Assembly: GCA_036525185.1 (NCBI GenBank)
Contig: DATDAW010000041.1
Coordinates: forward strand, 1,175 to 65,174
Origin: Chthoniobacterales bacterium
GTDB lineage: Bacteria; Verrucomicrobiota; Verrucomicrobiia; Chthoniobacterales; DASVRZ01
Reading direction: 5' to 3'
DNA: 64,000 bases
Numbering within the stretch: the first letter of the stretch is position 1; every line of letters begins with the position of its first letter. The position numbers were made by a program, and so were the translations under genes. Below, piece by piece: positions 6,830 to 15,425 of this stretch. The notes under the pieces are model-generated. The model searched no databases. It saw only the letters and a program-made list of their open reading frames with translations, and was not told the origin of the DNA.

Positions 6830-9814
6830 AAAACGCAGGCGAACTGCTTTAATAGCAATTATCGTAAAACACCATTCATCCTGGCTATCATTATTTTCTT
6901 ACTTGCCGGCATGTCGGCAAGCTCGGTGTCCGCGCAAGGCGTTGGCCCGTATGGCGAGACCATGTATCTTCGCGGCGAGATGAATGGCTGGGGCTTGGCA
7001 AACCCCTTCCAATACGTGGGCACGAACAATCAGGGATTGCACGTCTACGAGGAGACCGTCGACCTGGCAATTGGGTACCTTGCCTTCAAGATTGCCAACG
7101 AGGGTTGGAATCTCAATTTCGCTGCCGACGGCCAGCAGCGCACCGAGATTCCTCTAAACCAGACAACGGTGTTGGAGGACGCTCAAGGTGGCAATAATGA
7201 GAATATCGTACCAGTGGGAGAACTTAGTGGTTACAAATTCACCTTGTTCGTCGACGCTGCCAATCTGGGGCATCCCACGCTATTGATCGAAACCGCCCCT
7301 CTTCAAGGGCCACCACCAGAGCCGCTGCCGGAGAACCCCGATGATAGCCTGTCTTGGCGTGATGAGACCGCGGCGCTTACGGTCGATAACGTAAATGCGG
7401 AAAACCGCACTTACTCACTTCACACCACCGTCGCGCTACGTGACAATGAGCCGCCGACGCGCAAACGCGTTTATGCCGAGCAACCCGGTCAAATGACGCT
7501 GCGCTCGGGTAGCCTTCTCTTTGATTCCTTGTTTGCCCTCGCGATTGAAGAATCCCGCCAGCTCAGTGTCGACGCCATTACCGATGGTAGCTTTAACAAT
7601 AATCAACCCGTGGACTTAAAAGGTTTCGAGACGGGCGCCAAGTGGCATTATGTATGGACGCGGGATACGGCCTATGCGACCGACCTGGCGATGGGTCTCC
7701 TGGACCCGGAACGGGCCATGAATTCCCTCCTGTTCAAGCTCTCCGAGCGCAGGGTGAATCCCGCCCCCGGTGGGCCGGTGCAGGCCGGTCCTGAAATCGT
7801 GCAGGACACCGGTTCCGGTGGCAGTTGGCCGATCAGCACCGATCGCGTCACCTGGGCGCAGGGTGCGTGGAAAGTGCTCCAGTATTTGCATGGAAACGAG
7901 CGGCAGAGTTTTCGAGATCAAGCTTACGATGCGATCGTGACGACCATCGAAAATGACCGGAAGGCGATCTATGATCCAAGCGATGGGTTGTATCGGGGCG
8001 AGCAATCGTACCTGGATTGGCGGGAACAGACCTATCCCCGCTGGATGGCCTCCGAGGTTGTGCATATCGGAATGTCAAAGGCGCTCTCCACTAACATCGC
8101 CCATTCCGCGATCCTGAATATCGCCTCCGCCTTGGCGGGAGAAAAAGGTGATAGCATAGCCCGTAGTAAATACGGAGAGTGGGCAAAAAAGCTAAGAAAA
8201 GACATTGACCGGGCTTTTTGGCTAAAAGAAGTCGGGCTCTACAGCACCATGAAAACCACTGAATTGGATCCTGTTGCCGTGGAAAAATACGATTTTCTCG
8301 GTGAATCCCTGGCCATTCTGCAAGGTATTGCAAATCCTGCCAAAACGGCCTCCATCATGGAGAATTATCCTCACAGCGAAGCCGGTCCGCCTGTCATCTG
8401 GCCGCAATTGCCGAAGATTCCAATCTACCACAATCGCGCAATCTGGCCCTTTGTTACCGCCTACTCGTTGCGTGCCGCCAAGGTCGCAAAGAACGACGCG
8501 GTGGTGGATCATAACGTGACGTCGTTGCTGCGAGAGGCAGCGCTAAATCTTTCCAATATGGAGAATTTTGAGTTTTTGTCGGGGCAACATACTTTTTTGG
8601 ACGGGCCCTATACCGGCCCCGTCATCAACTCCCAGCGCCAGCTTTGGTCGGTGGCGGGTTACATGTCCATGGTTTTGGATACCCTCTTCGGTCTGGAATC
8701 CACTCAGGAGGCTATCCGCTTCCAGCCCTTTATCACGCGCCACCTGCGCAACACCCTGTTCGCTAACGCCGATACGCTGACCCTGAAGCGTTTTCCGTAT
8801 AAAGGCAAGACTCTCACCGTTGAGATCAAGCTGCCAGCTTCCGATGGCCAGGACGGCGGTTACTACAAGTTCGCCAGCGCGGTGCTCAACGGGCGCAGTA
8901 TCTGGGACTCATGGATGAGGGAACGCGACCTGCTTGACGTAGAAAATCGTCTGGTGATTCAGCTGACTCATCAAAACGCTCCGCATAGGCTAGTGAATGT
9001 CGTGCGTGTGGCTGATTACAAAAATCTGACGGAGGATGAAATCAGATCAATCTGGGCGCCGCACGAGCCTGATATTGTTTCCATCACGAAAACTCAAGAC
9101 GGCAGACTCAAACTCACGCTGGATAGCAACGGCGAGCAGGATGTCGTGTTTAACATCTACCGCAACGGTGAACTCTATGCCTCCGGGGTGACTACAACGG
9201 AGTGGATAGATCCGGATTCCGGTGCCGTAAAGATGCCTGGAAAGATTCAGCGCTTCACGCCGGATAACGGCCTATTCAGCAACGTCGGCGCTCCCGTCTA
9301 TGAGCATGGTCGCTGGCACTATGCGTTGTGGGGAAATCCGACAGACGAGCTTGTGACGAGCCGTTTCCGGGCTCATCAATCAGGCAAGCACTATATCCAG
9401 ATCGTATATGGAAATGCGTACAACAGTATCAACACCGGGATTACGGCGGCGAACAAGTGGGTTGAGATCAGGGATAAGGCTTCCGGAGCCATCGTCGGTC
9501 AAGGGGTGGTCACGATGCCCCACCGAACTAATTGGGGCGATTGGGGTGATTCCAGTCTTCTGCCAGTCTCGATGCAGGCGGGGCGGGAATACACCGTGAC
9601 GATTAAAGACTTTTACAACATGTCTTACTTCGAGCACTTCTCCATTTATACCGGCGGGGCAGGTGGCAGCCAGGGCCCTGTTAACAATGCGAATATTGCC
9701 GAGGTCAAAATCCTGCCGATCCAAAAGATGGTCTGGTACTCGGTTGAATCGGAATTTATCGACTCGGGTAATACGTCTCACCATAGTCCGCCAAAATTGC
9801 ACACGGGTTTTTAG
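6743..9814 (+). CDS. secreted multidomain (alpha/alpha)6-barrel glycoside hydrolase, GH15-like core with CBM-like N- and C-terminal domains
   Basis: Inside ORF 6593..9814. WHYVWTRDTAYA resembles the GH15 signature also seen in the downstream paralog (YHYVWARDMYQ). There is a signal-peptide-like h-region FILAIIIFLLAGMSASSVSA-QG. The C-terminal part is CBM6/35-like (YIQIVYGNAYNS...). The start is uncertain: the only canonical in-frame starts upstream of the h-region are 6743 or earlier. Confidence 0.6.
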   Translation: MTSTQRPRIAAHAPLVASTGAVSVTRNKHKTQANCFNSNYRKTPFILAIIIFLLAGMSASSVSAQGVGPYGETMYLRGEMNGWGLANPFQYVGTNNQGLHVYEETVDLAIGYLAFKIANEGWNLNFAADGQQRTEIPLNQTTVLEDAQGGNNENIVPVGELSGYKFTLFVDAANLGHPTLLIETAPLQGPPPEPLPENPDDSLSWRDETAALTVDNVNAENRTYSLHTTVALRDNEPPTRKRVYAEQPGQMTLRSGSLLFDSLFALAIEESRQLSVDAITDGSFNNNQPVDLKGFETGAKWHYVWTRDTAYATDLAMGLLDPERAMNSLLFKLSERRVNPAPGGPVQAGPEIVQDTGSGGSWPISTDRVTWAQGAWKVLQYLHGNERQSFRDQAYDAIVTTIENDRKAIYDPSDGLYRGEQSYLDWREQTYPRWMASEVVHIGMSKALSTNIAHSAILNIASALAGEKGDSIARSKYGEWAKKLRKDIDRAFWLKEVGLYSTMKTTELDPVAVEKYDFLGESLAILQGIANPAKTASIMENYPHSEAGPPVIWPQLPKIPIYHNRAIWPFVTAYSLRAAKVAKNDAVVDHNVTSLLREAALNLSNMENFEFLSGQHTFLDGPYTGPVINSQRQLWSVAGYMSMVLDTLFGLESTQEAIRFQPFITRHLRNTLFANADTLTLKRFPYKGKTLTVEIKLPASDGQDGGYYKFASAVLNGRSIWDSWMRERDLLDVENRLVIQLTHQNAPHRLVNVVRVADYKNLTEDEIRSIWAPHEPDIVSITKTQDGRLKLTLDSNGEQDVVFNIYRNGELYASGVTTTEWIDPDSGAVKMPGKIQRFTPDNGLFSNVGAPVYEHGRWHYALWGNPTDELVTSRFRAHQSGKHYIQIVYGNAYNSINTGITAANKWVEIRDKASGAIVGQGVVTMPHRTNWGDWGDSSLLPVSMQAGREYTVTIKDFYNMSYFEHFSIYTGGAGGSQGPVNNANIAEVKILPIQKMVWYSVESEFIDSGNTSHHSPPKLHTGF

Positions 9815-9900
9815 GTGATGTATTGTCATTGCCCACAAGGACGTTCTGCAGGCTGAAGGCGATCATCAGATCCGCACGAAGACAGGAACGTTTCATCGAG

Positions 9901-9945
9901 CCGCCCTACCGAAAAGCATTGGTAGGGCGGTTTCGATGATACCGT
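9901..9945. repeat. REP-like hairpin element (diverged copy of the 32-nt repeat at 22239 and 24801)
   Basis: CCGCCCTACC-N10-GGTAGGGCGG is a perfect 10-bp stem. It is followed by TTTCGATGATACCG, which matches TTGGTAGGGCGGTTTCGATGAAACCGCC in the other copies. Confidence 0.7.
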
Positions 9946-9993
9946 CGGCGAACGGCATTCACGGCGGCTCCAACTACATCCTGCATACCGGCG

Positions 9994-10066
9994 CTCATTT
10001 TATCCAATTTGTTACGCGCTCGGCCGTTGCGGCAGCTGGGAAAAACAGCTATAAAGAGCGGTCCGC
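9994..10066 (+). repeat. box element copy 2 (type B)
   Basis: CTCATTT-TATCCAATTTGTTAC, then GGCCGTTGCGG, then GGGAAAAACAGCTATAAAGAGCGG. The tail is shared with copy 4 (14213..14293). Confidence 0.7.
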
Positions 10067-10138
10067 AAGCCAGAAAATCTCAAATCACAGAAAACCGCAT
10101 AATCGTCTCGCGTCGCGCTAGCGGCGAAATCCAGGCTT

Positions 10139-10192
10139 GTTTAACACGGATTGCATTCGGGCCATCGCGGAATGAATGCTTCAACGTTAGGC
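10139..10192. other. attC-like recombination site candidate
   Basis: GTTTAAC-N40-GTTAGGC. The ends fit the integron core-site consensus RYYYAAC / GTTRRRY on either strand. There is an internal inverted repeat GCATTC/GAATGC. It starts 10 nt after the predicted native hicA stop. Confidence 0.3.
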
Positions 10193-10201
10193 GTTTCCTG
10201 T

Positions 10202-10416
10202 TCAGAGAGCAGAGATGAACGCATCCACAGAACACCCGCTTGCCGAAGCACGCCCCGCGAGTGTGCCAATCTTGATCCCGCGATGATGGGAACCACGCAG
10301 TCGGATGAGCCGCGCCGCATGACGATATGGCTGCCACGCTGGCGCGTGATCTCGAAACCGAGCCGCTGCAACGCGTGCACCGCCTCAGAGCCGGAAACGC
10401 GAGGGAGCCTAGGCAC
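10202..10416 (-). pseudogene. hicA: HicA-family mRNA interferase toxin gene with a frameshift near the 3' end; no hicB partner
   Basis: A GTG start gives (M)PRLPRVSGSEAVHALQRLGFEITRQRGSHIVMRRG...VLRQAGV. The expected ending SVDAFISAL-stop is in another frame, and the annotated frame runs on to 10141. Confidence 0.55.
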
Positions 10417-10422
10417 GGACCC

Positions 10423-10724
10423 CGACTTTTGTAGGGGACGGGGATGCGGCTGATGGAATGCGGGCGGCTGCGTGTGAAGGATACGGTTTTGATCGCGGTT
10501 ACATTTCTGGTGCGTGACGGGAAGGGAAGGAAGGCCGGTCGACGCCGTTACGATTGTCGGTGAGGGCGGAGTTGGAGGCGTATTTGCAACGAGTGCAATT
10601 GCTGCCATGGGCAGGATCGCGAGACGGGCGTACTGGCGTGGAAGTGCCGGATGCGCTTGATGAGAAATATCCCACCGCTGACCGCGAATGGGCCGTCTAC
10701 GGCTCCTCTGGCTCAGCCTTCTGA
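10423..10724 (+). pseudogene. integron-type tyrosine recombinase (IntI-like), internal fragment
   Basis: LL*GTGMRLMECGRLRVKD...VRDGKGRK in one frame, with TAG where Tyr is expected. After a frameshift near 10535 it reads RSTPLRLSVRAELEAYLQRVQ...VEVPDALDEKYPTADREWAVYG. The N-terminus and the catalytic C-terminal half are absent. Confidence 0.6.
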
Positions 10725-10757
10725 AGAGGTGAATTGACGCGTTCAGGTGCCGCGGCA

Positions 10758-10985
10758 CTCATTTGTCCCAGTTATATCCAATTTGTTACAGGTTTGGCCG
10801 TTGTGATGACATGGAGACTGGGGCGATACGAATTGTCGACAAAACGAACCCGTCGCGTTCTTTGGCGCGGCGGAAGTCTCCACTGCTACCCCAAACCCTA
10901 TGACATACACACAACGTCCTCGTATTGCGGCGCATGCGCCGCTCCCTGCATCCACTGGTGCAGTCTCCGTCACACGGAATAAACA
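10758..10985 (+). repeat. leader repeat copy B (partner of 6600..6829)
   Basis: See copy A. The palindrome GCGGCGCATGCGCCGC is at 10926..10941. Confidence 0.8.
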
Positions 10986-13900
10986 CTCGAAACGCATGCG
11001 AACTGCATGCCTCACAGGCGCCGCTGCGCTGTTTTGCGCGTGGACCGCGCCAGCCGTTCAGGCCGGAGATGGCGTGGCTCCTGGAGCTCCGGGCGCGTCT
11101 GCCAACTGGACGACCGGCAACAAACAGGGCCTTGGCACGGCGGTGAGCCGCGACTCCAAGGTCTGGTACACGCTTTCCGGAGGCGCCCTGAGCGAAGTTT
11201 ACTTCCCGAGCGGCGACAAGGCGAACGTGCGTTCGCTCGAGTTCGCCGTTACAGATGGCACTTCTTTCGTGGATCGTGAGAGTGAGAATACCACCCATAA
11301 GGTCGAGCTCGTTGACGACAGTGCGCTCATTTATCGACAGATCAACACGGCCAAATCGGGACGTTACCAGATTACCAAGACGTATATCACTGACGTGAAG
11401 CGGGCGACCGTGCTAATGCAGGTTTCCTTTAAGCCGCTTATACCAGGAAACTACCGGTTGTTTGCGCTCTACGACCCGGCGATTGGTAATTCCTCACTCC
11501 ATGATACTGCATCGCGGAGCGGAAATGGGAGTAACGTCGCGCTCCTCGCGAGCGACGGTTCTGCGGCCAGCGCGCTGGTTTCCGCGAGCGGCTTCGTGCG
11601 CACGTCAAGCGGCTTCGTCGGAACGAGCGACGGCTGGACCGATTTGGTGGCCGATCACCGGTTGGACTGGAATTACGACACGGCGCCGGATGGCAACGTG
11701 CTGCAAGTCGGCGAATTACCGCTCGAAACCAAGGCCGGACGCGAGACGTCGTTCACGCTGGCGCTCGCTTTTGGGAATTCGGCGGCCAACGCGGAGCTGA
11801 CCGCTCGGGCCAGCCTCAGGCTGCCTTTTGTCGCGCATGCTGCCGCGTACGCGCTCGGATGGCATGCCTACCTGCGCTCGCTGAACCCGCCGCCGAGCCT
11901 TCCGTCTCGACTTTTGCGCACGCAATACAACGTGTCGGTAATGACGGTCAAAGCGCATGAAGACAAGACCTACCCCGGCGCTTTTCTCGCTTCGCTCACG
12001 CTCCCGTGGGGTTTCGACGCGAACGCCGATGAAGGCGGCGGCGGTTACCATTACGTCTGGGCGCGGGATATGTATCAGCAGGTAACTGCGATGCTGGCAG
12101 CCGGCGACCGGGTGACGGCGGATCGCGCGGTGACGTGGTTGTTCACGCGACAGCAATCAGCCGACGGCACGTTCCCGCAGACGTCGACGGTCGACGGGAC
12201 AGCGCAGACGTTTGGCATCCAGCTTGACCAGACGGCGTTCCCGCTGATCCTGGCCTGGACACTCGGACGCACGGACAACGCGACGTGGGAGGGCGTGCGC
12301 AAGGCAGCCGATGCCCTTGTTTCGAGAGGCCCAACCACGCCGCAGGAGCGCTGGGAGGAAACGGGGGGTTATTCCAACTCGACCATTCCCGCGGAAATCG
12401 CCGGTCTTGTGACGGCGGCGGATCTCGCCCGCCAACGCGGCGACAGCGCCCGCGCTGGGCTGTGGCTGGGCGTTGCGGACGAGTGGCAGCGCAGTATCGA
12501 GAAGTGGTTGTTCACCACCAACGGTCCCTACGGCGACGGTCGCTACTACGTGCGCATCGACGACAACGGCGACCCCAACGACGGATCGGAACGTGATTCT
12601 GGCAACGCCTCGGGCGTGCACAAGGACAATATGGTCGTCGACGGCGGTTTTTTGGAACTCATCCGGCTCGGCGTGAAGGCGCCGAACGATCCTTACGTTG
12701 CGGAATCGCTGCCGGAGATGGACGCCTCAATCGCCACGGATACGCCCAGCGGGCGCGTCTGGCATCGTTACACGTTTGATGGTTATGGCGACAAAGCCGA
12801 TGGTTCGGCCTGGGGAATCAATACTCCGGGAACCACCGGCCGCGCGTGGCCTCTGCTCGGCGGCGAGCGCGGCGAGTATGAGGTTGCCAACGGCCGCGAC
12901 GGACTGCCTTACCTGCGCACCATGGCCAATACGGCGAACGACGGCTACATGATCCCCGAGCAGGTCTGGGATCAGCCGGAGCCCGCCCCGGCGCCCTACA
13001 ATTACCAGCCCGGCAAGGCGACCGGTTCCGCCTCGCCGCTCGCCTGGGCAATGGCCCAATACGTCCGGCTCGCGCGAGCCATTGGCGCGGGTCGCCCGGT
13101 GGAGACGCCGGCGGTCGTGGCCCGGCGCTACGCGTCCGGCGTCCAACTCAGCGTGCCGGCGCTCGCCATTACCTCGCCGCTGGACGGCATCGTGGCCGAT
13201 CAACCCGAGGTGATCGTGCAGGGAACGACGGACGCGCAACGGGTCTACGTCGGAGTCGGCGGGACCGTCCAGACGGTTACACCCCAGAATGGAGCTTTCG
13301 AGGTCACCGTTCCGCTCGCGGAGATCAATAACAGGATCACCGTGGTCGCGGTCGCCGCGGATGGTGGCACCAGCATGCGTCAGGTTTCCGTGATCACGTT
13401 TGGCACGCGTCTCGGCGGGCTCACCGATCCGGCCGGCGACGATAACGGGCCGGGTTCCTACGTGTATCCGACCAATTCCGCGTTCAACCCGGGAGCTTTC
13501 GACCTGACTGGCTTCGACGTTTATTCCCTAGGCGATGATGTCGTGTTCGTGGCGCGGATCGCGAGCGAAGTGCTCAATCCGTGGGGCGGCAACCAGATCT
13601 CAGTTCAGAGGCTCAACGTTTATCTCGGAGCCGGGGCTGGCGATTCCGTTCCGGCGCTCGCCGGCACGAATATGAACACAGCGACGCCCTGGAGCGTGGC
13701 GATCTCGGCTGATGGGTTCAACCTGGCCGGTGTTTTTGCGCCCGACGGAACCCAGGTGGCGGACGTGAGAATAACCGCCCTACCGCAAACCCGCCAGATC
13801 GCCCTCGCGGTTCCGCGTTCGGCGCTCGGAAGCCTGGATCCGGCCACGGCCAGCTACGGCGTCGCGATGCTGTGCCACGGCGGAGATGGCGAAGGAATCG

Positions 13901-14148
13901 GATTCGTTCGTCCGGTCTACAGCTTCGAATACTGGAATAACCCCCCGAGCGGAATGGGCTGGGTCAAGGAATACCGCTTTGGCGGTGGTGCAGGAGAGAT
14001 TGACTTCGGCCTCGCGAGCAAGGACACCGACACGCGCGATCCCAACGCGATCGATGTGATTGTCGGGCCAGGCCAGACACAGTCGAGCGTGCTCGACTGG
14101 CAGACGGCATCACCAGTTCCGCTACCGATGCTGCCTATCGGTCAGTGA
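10900..14148 (+). CDS. secreted GH15 glucoamylase/glucodextranase-type hydrolase
   Basis: It has an N-terminal glucodextranase-type beta domain, a catalytic core with GGGYHYVWARDMYQ and PQERWEE, and a C-terminal glucodextranase-like module (DPAGDDNGPGSYVYPTNSAFNPGAFDLTGFDV). The ATG at 10996 (MRTACLTGAAALFCAWTAPAVQA) is an alternative start that leads directly into the signal peptide. Confidence 0.8.
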   Translation: MTYTQRPRIAAHAPLPASTGAVSVTRNKHSKRMRTACLTGAAALFCAWTAPAVQAGDGVAPGAPGASANWTTGNKQGLGTAVSRDSKVWYTLSGGALSEVYFPSGDKANVRSLEFAVTDGTSFVDRESENTTHKVELVDDSALIYRQINTAKSGRYQITKTYITDVKRATVLMQVSFKPLIPGNYRLFALYDPAIGNSSLHDTASRSGNGSNVALLASDGSAASALVSASGFVRTSSGFVGTSDGWTDLVADHRLDWNYDTAPDGNVLQVGELPLETKAGRETSFTLALAFGNSAANAELTARASLRLPFVAHAAAYALGWHAYLRSLNPPPSLPSRLLRTQYNVSVMTVKAHEDKTYPGAFLASLTLPWGFDANADEGGGGYHYVWARDMYQQVTAMLAAGDRVTADRAVTWLFTRQQSADGTFPQTSTVDGTAQTFGIQLDQTAFPLILAWTLGRTDNATWEGVRKAADALVSRGPTTPQERWEETGGYSNSTIPAEIAGLVTAADLARQRGDSARAGLWLGVADEWQRSIEKWLFTTNGPYGDGRYYVRIDDNGDPNDGSERDSGNASGVHKDNMVVDGGFLELIRLGVKAPNDPYVAESLPEMDASIATDTPSGRVWHRYTFDGYGDKADGSAWGINTPGTTGRAWPLLGGERGEYEVANGRDGLPYLRTMANTANDGYMIPEQVWDQPEPAPAPYNYQPGKATGSASPLAWAMAQYVRLARAIGAGRPVETPAVVARRYASGVQLSVPALAITSPLDGIVADQPEVIVQGTTDAQRVYVGVGGTVQTVTPQNGAFEVTVPLAEINNRITVVAVAADGGTSMRQVSVITFGTRLGGLTDPAGDDNGPGSYVYPTNSAFNPGAFDLTGFDVYSLGDDVVFVARIASEVLNPWGGNQISVQRLNVYLGAGAGDSVPALAGTNMNTATPWSVAISADGFNLAGVFAPDGTQVADVRITALPQTRQIALAVPRSALGSLDPATASYGVAMLCHGGDGEGIGFVRPVYSFEYWNNPPSGMGWVKEYRFGGGAGEIDFGLASKDTDTRDPNAIDVIVGPGQTQSSVLDWQTASPVPLPMLPIGQ

Positions 14149-14155
14149 GGAACCA

Positions 14156-14192
14156 GCGGCAGCCAGCAGTCAGCGCTGATGCTGGCTGCCGC
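14156..14192 (+). terminator. strong stem-loop downstream of the GH15 gene (possible terminator, no U-tract)
   Basis: GCGGCAGCCAGCA-N11-TGCTGGCTGCCGC is a perfect 13-bp stem. It starts 8 nt after the stop at 14148. Confidence 0.4.
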
Positions 14193-14212
14193 ACTAACCC
14201 GGGATGCCGACG

Positions 14213-14293
14213 CTTATTTGTCCCAGTTTTATCCAATTTGTCACAGGTTCAGCGATTGCGGCTGCAGGGGAAAACAGCCGATAAAGAGCGGCC
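14213..14293 (+). repeat. box element copy 4 (type B), upstream of xylF
   Basis: CTTATTTGTCCCAGTTTTATCCAATTTGTCAC ... GGGGAAAACAGCCGATAAAGAGCGG. It ends about 90 nt upstream of the xylF ATG. Confidence 0.7.
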
Positions 14294-14384
14294 ATAAAAC
14301 CAACTGCCCGCTGATCTCGTTCGCGCGGAAATTCCCCAGAACAAACCTTCATCTCCCAGCACAACTAGACTCCACCCAACAAAC

Positions 14385-15398
14385 ATGAAAGATACCCATC
14401 GTTCCCTCACTGCAGCCGTCGCCTTATTGCTAACACTTACCGGTTTCGCCTCTGCGTCGCCGGATAAACCCGTCATCGGTTTATCACTAGACACCTTGAA
14501 GGAGGAGCGCTGGCAGAAAGATCGCGACATCATCGTCGAGGAAGCCAAAAAACTTGGCGCCGAAGTTGTTGTTCAGTCAGCAAACTCCGACGACATCCGC
14601 CAGGTGCGCGATATCGAGTCGCTCATCACGCGCGGCGTCGATGTTATTGTGGTTGTGCCCCACAACGGCGACGCGCTCGCCCGCGCCGTTAAATCCGCCA
14701 ATGAAGCAAAAATTCCCGTCATCGCCTACGACCGCCTGATCCTTAACTCCGACATCGCCTACTACCTGACTTTCGACAACGTCAAGGTCGGTGAGGCCGA
14801 GGCGTCCTACGTGGTGGAACGCCTCCCCAAGGATCGCCCGGCCCGCGTCGTGCGCATTTTCGGCGCGCCGACCGACAACAACGCCAAGCTCGTCAAACAA
14901 GGCCAGGACAACGTTCTCGCGGCCGGGATCAAAGACAAAAAGATCGACATCGTCTTTGAGGACTGGGCGTTGGAGTGGAAACCGGAGAACGCCAAGAAAA
15001 TCATGAACGCCGCCATCACGCGGGCGGGCAAAGATATCGACGCCGTTATTGCCAGCAATGACGGCACCGCCGGCGGTGCCATTCAAGCCCTGCTGGAAGA
15101 AGGCATTGCCGGCAAAGTCATGGTCGTCGGCCAGGACGCCGAGCTTGCTGCCTGCCAGCGCATCGTCCGCGGCACCCAGGCAATGACGGTTTACAAACCT
15201 TTGAAGAGCCTCGCAGTCCTCGCTACCAAGGTGGCTGTCGATCTCGCCAAAGGCGTCAAACCCAACGCCAGCGAGGAACTGGACAATGGATTTAAGAAGG
15301 TCCCGTCGATTTTCGAGAAAGTGATTCCCGTGGATAAAGACAACCTTCAATCCACGGTTGTCGCCGACGGTTTCCACGCCGCCGCTGCCCTCAAGTAA
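14385..15398 (+). CDS. xylF: D-xylose ABC transporter substrate-binding protein
   Basis: Signal peptide plus a periplasmic-binding-protein fold (VIGLSLDTLKEERWQKDRD..., IPVIAYDRLI, FDNVKVGE). It is followed by matching ATPase and permease genes. Confidence 0.8.
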   Translation: MKDTHRSLTAAVALLLTLTGFASASPDKPVIGLSLDTLKEERWQKDRDIIVEEAKKLGAEVVVQSANSDDIRQVRDIESLITRGVDVIVVVPHNGDALARAVKSANEAKIPVIAYDRLILNSDIAYYLTFDNVKVGEAEASYVVERLPKDRPARVVRIFGAPTDNNAKLVKQGQDNVLAAGIKDKKIDIVFEDWALEWKPENAKKIMNAAITRAGKDIDAVIASNDGTAGGAIQALLEEGIAGKVMVVGQDAELAACQRIVRGTQAMTVYKPLKSLAVLATKVAVDLAKGVKPNASEELDNGFKKVPSIFEKVIPVDKDNLQSTVVADGFHAAAALK

Positions 15399-15425
15399 TC
15401 CCTTCAATCCGCTAGAAGCATTGTC

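Noticed and set aside
9830-9900. Minus-strand peptide RADLMIAFSLQNVLVGNDN resembling the C-terminal strand of a PIN/VapC toxin
   Set aside because: It is only about 20 residues, with no start codon and no other PIN motifs. It is too short to support.
10021-10066. Covarying hairpin in the type B box tails (AGCTG...CAGCT at 10021-10066 versus GGCTG...CAGCC at 14249-14293)
   Set aside because: When the two copies are aligned position by position, the stems are offset by 3 nt. The apparent A-U to G-C change is therefore not true covariation.
10141-10758. 205-aa minus-strand ORF treated as one gene
   Set aside because: It is a composite. Only residues around 115-180 are HicA-like. The upstream part is antisense to the IntI fragment, and the tail is a frameshift read-through.
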